This document shows positions 57,685-64,000 of a DNA stretch of 64,000 nucleotides, piece by piece (position 1 is the first letter of the stretch; every line of letters starts with the position of its first letter). The translations under genes were made by a program, and so were the position numbers. The notes beneath the pieces were generated by a model, which was given only the letters and a program-made list of their open reading frames with translations, ran no database searches and was not told where the DNA came from. The DNA comes from an uncultured Dorea sp. (GTDB taxonomy: Bacteria; Bacillota; Clostridia; Lachnospirales; Lachnospiraceae), in assembly GCA_910587575.1 (NCBI GenBank), contig CAJULU010000003.1:29172-93171 (forward strand), given 5' to 3'.

Positions 57685-59292
57685 ATGAGACTTGAGTTTA
57701 TTGGGGCGGCTCATGAAGTGACTGGAAGCTGTCATTATCTGAATGCATGCGGAAAGAATATTCTGATTGACTGTGGTCTGGAGCAGGGACCAGACCTGTA
57801 CGAGAACCAGGAAATGCCGGTATCTGCGGGTGAGATTGACTATGTTCTTCTGACACATGCCCATATTGACCACTCTGGCAGGATCCCACTTCTGTGCAGG
57901 CAGGGATTTGCGGGAGAGATCGTCACCACCTTCGCCACGTCAGACCTGTGCAGCATCATGCTCCGTGACAGCGCCCACATCCAGGAGTTTGAGGCAGAGT
58001 GGAGGAACCGGAAAGGAAAGAGAAGCGGGGAGGCGTTGTTTGAACCGCTGTATACCATGGAAGATGCGGATGCTGCTATCAAGCTGCTGGCTCCATGCGA
58101 CTATGAGCAGCGGATTACCCTGTGCGAAGGGATTGAGGTACAGTTCCATGACATGGGACATTTACTGGGGTCGGCGAGTATCGAGGTGTGGGTTACGGAG
58201 GAAGGGGTGACAAAGAAGATTGTCTTCTCTGGTGACGTGGGAAATGCAAACCAGCCGATTATCAGAGAACCGCAGAAGGTGAAGGAAGCGGACTATATTG
58301 TCATTGAGTCCACCTATGGGGACAGAACTCACGGGGACGTGATCCCGGACTATATCGGTGAATTTACAAGAATCCTGAGAGAGACTTTTGCCAGAGGGGG
58401 CAATGTGGTGATTCCGTCATTTGCCGTAGGACGTACCCAGGAGCTTCTGTATTTTATCCGGGAGATTAAGGAGAAGGATCTGCTGCCGGAGTTCCGGGGA
58501 TTCGAGGTCTATGTGGATAGTCCGCTGGCCATTGGGGCAACAAATGTGTTCAATAAAAATGTGAAGTCCTGTTTTGACGAAGAGGCAATGGCGCTGGTGG
58601 AACGGGGAATCAACCCGTTGCTGTTCCCGGGGCTTAAGACTACCATCACCAGCGATGAGTCCCGGATGATTAATTTCGATGAGAAGCCCAAGGTGATTCT
58701 GTCGGCCTCCGGTATGTGCGAGGCAGGACGTATCCGTCATCATCTGAAACATAATCTGTGGCGTCCGGAGTGTACCATCTGTTTTGTGGGCTATCAGGCA
58801 GTGGGGACTTTAGGGCGTAAGCTGATTGAGGGAGCGCAGAGCGTGAAGCTGTTTGGGGAAGATATTACGGTGAATGCAAAGATTGAGACGCTCCGGGGAA
58901 TCAGCGGGCATGCGGATATGAACGGTCTGCTGGACTGGCTGAAAGGATTTGAGAACAGACCGGAACGAGTGTTTGTAGTACATGGTGAGGATCAGGTGAC
59001 GGATCATTTTGCACGACTTGTGGAGGAGACGATCGGGTGTCCGGCGTTTGCACCATATTCAGGCGGGACGGTGGATCTCATGACGAATGAGATCTTAACG
59101 GAAGGCTTAAAGATTCCTAAGAAAGCAGCAGAGAAGCCCGCCAGATCTAGGGCGATCCAGGCGTTCCAGCGGGTGGTTGCAGCTGCAAAGAGGCTGCTTG
59201 AGGTGGTCTATAAGAATGAAGGGCTGGCCAATAAGGAACTGGCGAAGTTTGAGACGCAGATCCAGAATCTGGCGGATAAGTGGGACCGGTAA
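57685..59292 (+). CDS. MBL-fold beta-CASP hydrolase (putative RNase)
   Basis: THAHIDHSG, HLLGS, ESTYG, SGHAD and VHGE motifs. Confidence 0.9.
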   Translation: MRLEFIGAAHEVTGSCHYLNACGKNILIDCGLEQGPDLYENQEMPVSAGEIDYVLLTHAHIDHSGRIPLLCRQGFAGEIVTTFATSDLCSIMLRDSAHIQEFEAEWRNRKGKRSGEALFEPLYTMEDADAAIKLLAPCDYEQRITLCEGIEVQFHDMGHLLGSASIEVWVTEEGVTKKIVFSGDVGNANQPIIREPQKVKEADYIVIESTYGDRTHGDVIPDYIGEFTRILRETFARGGNVVIPSFAVGRTQELLYFIREIKEKDLLPEFRGFEVYVDSPLAIGATNVFNKNVKSCFDEEAMALVERGINPLLFPGLKTTITSDESRMINFDEKPKVILSASGMCEAGRIRHHLKHNLWRPECTICFVGYQAVGTLGRKLIEGAQSVKLFGEDITVNAKIETLRGISGHADMNGLLDWLKGFENRPERVFVVHGEDQVTDHFARLVEETIGCPAFAPYSGGTVDLMTNEILTEGLKIPKKAAEKPARSRAIQAFQRVVAAAKRLLEVVYKNEGLANKELAKFETQIQNLADKWDR

Positions 59293-59598
59293 AAGGTTTC
59301 CGGCTTCCGGCTCTGCCTGTGTGCGGCTGTAAGAAGTGAATCATGAGAATCAGAAATAGAAACCAGGTGCAGTGAAAGAGAGCTGCCCTGGTTTTATTAT
59401 TTGTACTAGATATAGTGGTCAGTACAAAAGGTTTACATAATTTACAAAAAATTCATAAAATTGTAAATTTTAACGTTAATTTATGTTGATGTTCAGACGA
59501 TATTTATGATATATTTATGCCTGGGGAGTTAGGCAGAAGGCTGCCTGGATGAACCTGTAAATATAGAAAATAAGGGGTGTAAGGGAAAGGAGAGAAGT

Positions 59599-62500
59599 AT
59601 GAAGCGGATAGTTTCATTCATGCTGGCGGCGGTGCTGGTACTCGCACCATGTATGCAGAGTTTCGCAACGGGTGATGTGCCGTCAGCGGAGGGGTCTGCA
59701 GGCCCGCAGGATCCGACGCCGCCGGGCGGACCGGATCAGAAAACGCTGACGGATGGACCGGATCAGTCAACGGTGACAGACGGGACAACGGACAGTGATG
59801 CAGGCAATGGCAATGGGGGCGGAAATACGCCGGTTCCACAAGAGCCAGTGCCGCCGTTGGGAACGGGCATCAATTCGGGAGATATTTCCGGAATACTGCC
59901 TGTAGGAGAACTGGATACTGAGAAAACTGGAGAGGGTGTGACAAAAGGTCAGATTGATGTCTACATTATGCAGACTCTGATTTTTAAGGATAAGATCACA
60001 TATACCGTTTCTCTGAAGGATCCAGGTAATAAGGAAAAGACGCAGGATATCGAGTTTGAGAAGAATTCTTCAGAACTGAAAAAAGGAGTCACCTTTGATA
60101 ATCTGGAGGATGGAAGCTATACACTGTCAATCTCTGCGCCAGGTTACCGTACCAGGGTGCGGACGATTGATGTTAAGGGGCTTGCATACAAGCTGACATA
60201 TTCCACTGGATTTTTAGACGGTTATGAATATGTAGCAGGCCAGAATCACCCGGGAGCTCTTCGGATCGGCGATGTGAATGCTGACGGAGAAATCGACGAT
60301 ACGGATAAAAAGCTGCTGGTTGACAAGATTGATTCCAAGGAGATCTACGATGAGAATGATAAAGAAATCCCTGGAGATCTGAATCTGGACGGACAGGTGG
60401 ATCTTGAAGATCTGAACTACTTTGTTCAGGGATATTTTAAGCCGGGAGAGAGCAAAGAGGCAGGCGCCACCATAGAGACCATTGTGCCGGCATCTGCAAT
60501 CAAGAGTAAGGCGGATGAAAAGACGAAGGCAGAGGGGCTTGATTATCTGTCCAGAGGAGAAGGCGGTGCGAAACTCAGCACGGCAAATGGAAACCCGATC
60601 TCGAAGGAGAATCCGGTTACCGTGGAGTTTGAATTTGAGGAAGGCGTCTATTCAGACGGAATCGTGATTGATTCCAGCGAGGAGAATCCGATTGAGACCG
60701 GAGATCTTCGGATTGAATATACTTATAAGGATGAGTCTGGAAAGGTAGTGGAGGCCGATCCGGTTCAGGTGCCGCTTACGCAGCATGACGTACATACGTT
60801 ACTTACCTATGAAGGAGTAGATGTACAGAAGGATGAATATGGAAATATCGTGATTAATCTGGGAAGCCAGATTGCGGTTAAGAGGGTGACGTTTACCATT
60901 ACCGGAACGAGGAAGAATAATAATCTGGCAGAGATCTCCAGGGTAGAGTTCGTGAACGGTATGGAGAACCGGATTCCGGAGCCGCCAAGGGATATTCCGA
61001 ACCTTCATGAGCCTGTGGCTGGGAATAAATCATTTACCGTGTCCTGGGATCCCAGTGTGAATGTTACAGGATATGAAGTGAAGATCAAAGGTCCTGTGGG
61101 AGAGGAAGAGAATCTGGAGACTGTAGAAGTCATCGTACCGGTAAGAGGATGTTTCCTCTCTGTATCGTCGTTGAACGAAGGCAAACTCGTGAATAAGCAG
61201 GAATACGAGGTAAGCGTACAGTCTGTCAACGGAGCCTGGAAGAGCGGTTACAGCCAGATCAGGAAGGTTACGCCAAAGGTAGACAAGAAGCCGGATGCAC
61301 CGGATTATGTGAGTGTAGTGGGAAGGTATAAGGCCATTGACGTGTCCTGGAAGAAGACGAAGGATACGGATTACTTCCATGTATACTATAAAGAGGCCGG
61401 TGAGGATGCCTTTACAAAGATTGAAGAGAAGATTGAGGACAGTAAGTATACCATCCAGGATCTGAAAGACAAGGCAGATTACGATATTTATGTGACGGGC
61501 GTGAATTCCGAAGGAGAGAGTAATCCGTCAAAGGTCTATACAGCCTCAACCCAGGATCCGAAACCGGCACAGATGCCGAAGTACAAGCTGCTGAACCGGG
61601 CGGACGAGGGAAAGGTAAGCGAGAAGATTGTCAGTGCGAAGTTTGGCGGAGGCGGTATGGTAGACAGTCCGTTGGATACGGAGAAAGATACAGCATGGGG
61701 AGCTGTCGATAATTCGCCTACCTCTCATTACTTTATGAATACCTGGGATGGCGGCGGATATAATCCAATGGGCGGACGAGGCCTTACCTTTGAGTTTGAC
61801 AAGGCGTATAAGATGGACCGGCTTGCATTGCAGGAGGTGACGCCGCAGAGCCAGAATTATGGTTACGCCCAGGTAAGATACTGGGATGCGGCAGGGCAGT
61901 CTCATGATATCCCGAGAGGTTCCATGCGTGTCATTAAAAAGGCTGATTCGGAAGGACGTGCGTACTATGTGCTGAAATTCCCGGGAGCCATTGAGGCAAA
62001 GAAGATTCAGTTTGCGCTTTCCCGTGTCTATGTATACGGAACCATCTCTATTTCAGAGGTATACTTCTATGAGTATGATACGATTGAAGAGGAGATTATG
62101 GCGCTCTATGGGGATGATCTCCACACGGAACTGAAAGAAAGCGTAACACAGGATACGATTGACGCACTGAAAAAGAGGGTCGAGACGAAGGATCCTGTCA
62201 GCAAGGAATTCCATCCGGATCAGGAATATCTGAAGCGTGAACTTCAGAACGCGCAGGATATTCTGGATGCAAAGAATCTGGGCAGAACGGTAAAGGTGTA
62301 TAACACGATCAATACGAAGGACGTAGGACGCGGATTTGGCGGCCTGAATGCATGGCAGCCTCTTGGTGTGACGGCAGCGGCAGGTGAGGAGATCACGGTC
62401 TATGTCGGACATAACAGTAAGAGAGCCGGTGATAGCACGAATCTGCAGCTTGTAAGTACACAGTACCATTCAGAAGCGGCTTCCATGTTCCAGGTGGTGG

Positions 62501-64000
62501 CAACGCTGAAGGTGGGACGTAATGATATTACGGTTCCGAAACTGTGGTCAATGAAAGCAGAAGCCGGAGGAGCCTTATATGTCCAGTATACCAATAACAA
62601 TGCAAACGATCAGTATGCAGTACGTGTAAGCGGAGGCGTGCAGGTGCCGATGCTGGATCTGTATCAGGTGATGGATGCGGATCATGCTGCAGAACGTCAG
62701 AGCAGGGCGGAAGCATACATTAAGGAACTGGAAACCTATGTGGCCCAGATTGAGAAGAAGCATGACGAGGTACACAAGAATTCCACGAACAAGCTTGTAC
62801 AGTATGACTATAAAGCCAATGACTGTATCCTGGGAGCTTCTGACATTATGCTGAATACCATGATGTTCTCTCTTCCGGCACAGCAGATTCTGGCAGGAAC
62901 CGGAAGCGGCAGTACGGCAGATAAGGCGAAGAAGCTGGTAACTTCCATGGAAGCGATGGAGAACATGATGTATCTGTTCTACCAGCACAAGGGCCTGAAC
63001 AACAGTGCGGCGGATGCGAAAGACCGCTTCCCGATTAACCATCTGAATATCCGTTATCAGACCATGTTCGCAGGAGCGTTCATGTATGCATCCGGCAACC
63101 ATATTGGTATTGAGTATCCGGAAGCAGCGGGAATGATGGGCGGTGTGACCGTGGAAGCAGATGAGGCTGGAAAGTATATAAGCGGCCGGTATTACGGATG
63201 GGGAATCGCCCATGAGATCGGTCACTGTATCAACCAGGGTACTTATGCGGTTGCAGAGATTACGAACAACTACTTCTCTGTGCTTGCACAGGCTAAGGAT
63301 ACGAATGATTCCGTACGCTTTAAGTATGAGAATGTATATGATAAGGTAACATCGGGAGCAAAAGGCCGTGCTTCCAACGTATTTACCCAGTTAGGTATGT
63401 ACTGGCAGTTACATCTTGCTTATGACAAGGGCCTGAACTTTAAGACATATCCGGATTATAACGAGCAGCTTGCGAATCTGTTCTTTGCCAGGGTGGATAC
63501 TTATTCCAGAAATCCGGGCAAGGCGCCAACGCCGAATGATGTGATACTCTCGCTTTGCGGTGACAAGGATCAGGATCTGATGCGTCTGGCCTGTGCGGCG
63601 GCGGAGAAGGATATTCTTGAGTTCTTCGAACGCTGGGGAATGACGCCTAATGCGGATACGGTAAATTATGCGGGACAGTTCCCGAAGGAGACGAGAGCGA
63701 TTTATTATGTGAATGATGAATCCAGAGTATATCGTCTTGCAAATCCGTCTAGTCCGCTGAATACGGAAGGAACCACGCCGGCGGTGGGTACCGGGACAAA
63801 AGCAGTCGTTAATAAAGATGCGGCAAACAAGGTAGATCTGACTCTGGACTCCACGCTGAATGCAAAGGATGTCCTTGGATACGAGATCGTACGCTGCTTC
63901 ACTTCCAACGGAGAGGTAGAGAAAGAAGTGGCTGGATTTGCAACCGGAAGTACATTCACGGATACGATTACGACTGTGAACAACCGTGTTGTGACCTATG
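59599..64000 (+). CDS. Large secreted M60-like metallopeptidase with dockerin-like and FN3 domains (3' end beyond the window)
   Basis: Manual translation of segments: signal peptide, GDVNADGEIDDTD...GDLNLDGQVDLED, WGIAHEIGH...AEITNN; no stop seen in the segments read; absent from the ORF track, consistent with running off the edge. Confidence 0.85.
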   Translation, partial: MKRIVSFMLAAVLVLAPCMQSFATGDVPSAEGSAGPQDPTPPGGPDQKTLTDGPDQSTVTDGTTDSDAGNGNGGGNTPVPQEPVPPLGTGINSGDISGILPVGELDTEKTGEGVTKGQIDVYIMQTLIFKDKITYTVSLKDPGNKEKTQDIEFEKNSSELKKGVTFDNLEDGSYTLSISAPGYRTRVRTIDVKGLAYKLTYSTGFLDGYEYVAGQNHPGALRIGDVNADGEIDDTDKKLLVDKIDSKEIYDENDKEIPGDLNLDGQVDLEDLNYFVQGYFKPGESKEAGATIETIVPASAIKSKADEKTKAEGLDYLSRGEGGAKLSTANGNPISKENPVTVEFEFEEGVYSDGIVIDSSEENPIETGDLRIEYTYKDESGKVVEADPVQVPLTQHDVHTLLTYEGVDVQKDEYGNIVINLGSQIAVKRVTFTITGTRKNNNLAEISRVEFVNGMENRIPEPPRDIPNLHEPVAGNKSFTVSWDPSVNVTGYEVKIKGPVGEEENLETVEVIVPVRGCFLSVSSLNEGKLVNKQEYEVSVQSVNGAWKSGYSQIRKVTPKVDKKPDAPDYVSVVGRYKAIDVSWKKTKDTDYFHVYYKEAGEDAFTKIEEKIEDSKYTIQDLKDKADYDIYVTGVNSEGESNPSKVYTASTQDPKPAQMPKYKLLNRADEGKVSEKIVSAKFGGGGMVDSPLDTEKDTAWGAVDNSPTSHYFMNTWDGGGYNPMGGRGLTFEFDKAYKMDRLALQEVTPQSQNYGYAQVRYWDAAGQSHDIPRGSMRVIKKADSEGRAYYVLKFPGAIEAKKIQFALSRVYVYGTISISEVYFYEYDTIEEEIMALYGDDLHTELKESVTQDTIDALKKRVETKDPVSKEFHPDQEYLKRELQNAQDILDAKNLGRTVKVYNTINTKDVGRGFGGLNAWQPLGVTAAAGEEITVYVGHNSKRAGDSTNLQLVSTQYHSEAASMFQVVATLKVGRNDITVPKLWSMKAEAGGALYVQYTNNNANDQYAVRVSGGVQVPMLDLYQVMDADHAAERQSRAEAYIKELETYVAQIEKKHDEVHKNSTNKLVQYDYKANDCILGASDIMLNTMMFSLPAQQILAGTGSGSTADKAKKLVTSMEAMENMMYLFYQHKGLNNSAADAKDRFPINHLNIRYQTMFAGAFMYASGNHIGIEYPEAAGMMGGVTVEADEAGKYISGRYYGWGIAHEIGHCINQGTYAVAEITNNYFSVLAQAKDTNDSVRFKYENVYDKVTSGAKGRASNVFTQLGMYWQLHLAYDKGLNFKTYPDYNEQLANLFFARVDTYSRNPGKAPTPNDVILSLCGDKDQDLMRLACAAAEKDILEFFERWGMTPNADTVNYAGQFPKETRAIYYVNDESRVYRLANPSSPLNTEGTTPAVGTGTKAVVNKDAANKVDLTLDSTLNAKDVLGYEIVRCFTSNGEVEKEVAGFATGSTFTDTITTVNNRVVTY

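Overview
Chromosomal window from a spore-forming Clostridia-type Firmicute (gene content suggests Lachnospiraceae; inference). Left arm (1-22.1 kb): metabolic and regulatory genes, including hisC, a TetR-linked M14 peptidase/DUF969/DUF979/aminopeptidase/pcp pyroglutamyl-peptide cluster, an NCS2 permease, a K+ channel-RyR protein, a two-component pair and a CZB chemoreceptor. Right arm (40.2-64 kb): cotJABC, the dcw cluster (mraZ to ftsZ), spoIIGA-sigE, a beta-CASP hydrolase and a large secreted M60-type peptidase running off the window. Main result: the spore-coat Mn-catalase gene cotJC is split by a 17,971-bp AT-richer Tn916-family ICE derivative bounded by a 12-bp direct repeat (TTCACCGAAACG at 22204-22215 and 40175-40186). 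Excision at the repeat restores an in-frame 202-aa CotJC. The conjugation machinery is broken: VirB4 is cut at its Walker A motif and joined to a truncated XRE gene, orf15/14/13 equivalents are missing, and the orf8-like activator has a nonsense codon. The element retains an intact large serine recombinase behind a consensus sigmaA promoter, and an unannotated 54-aa ORF (candidate directionality factor) behind a sigmaE-like promoter. cotJABC has a sigmaK-like promoter. This suggests a skin-like, sporulation-timed DNA rearrangement built from a conjugative element rather than a prophage. It is a hypothesis and needs experimental testing.
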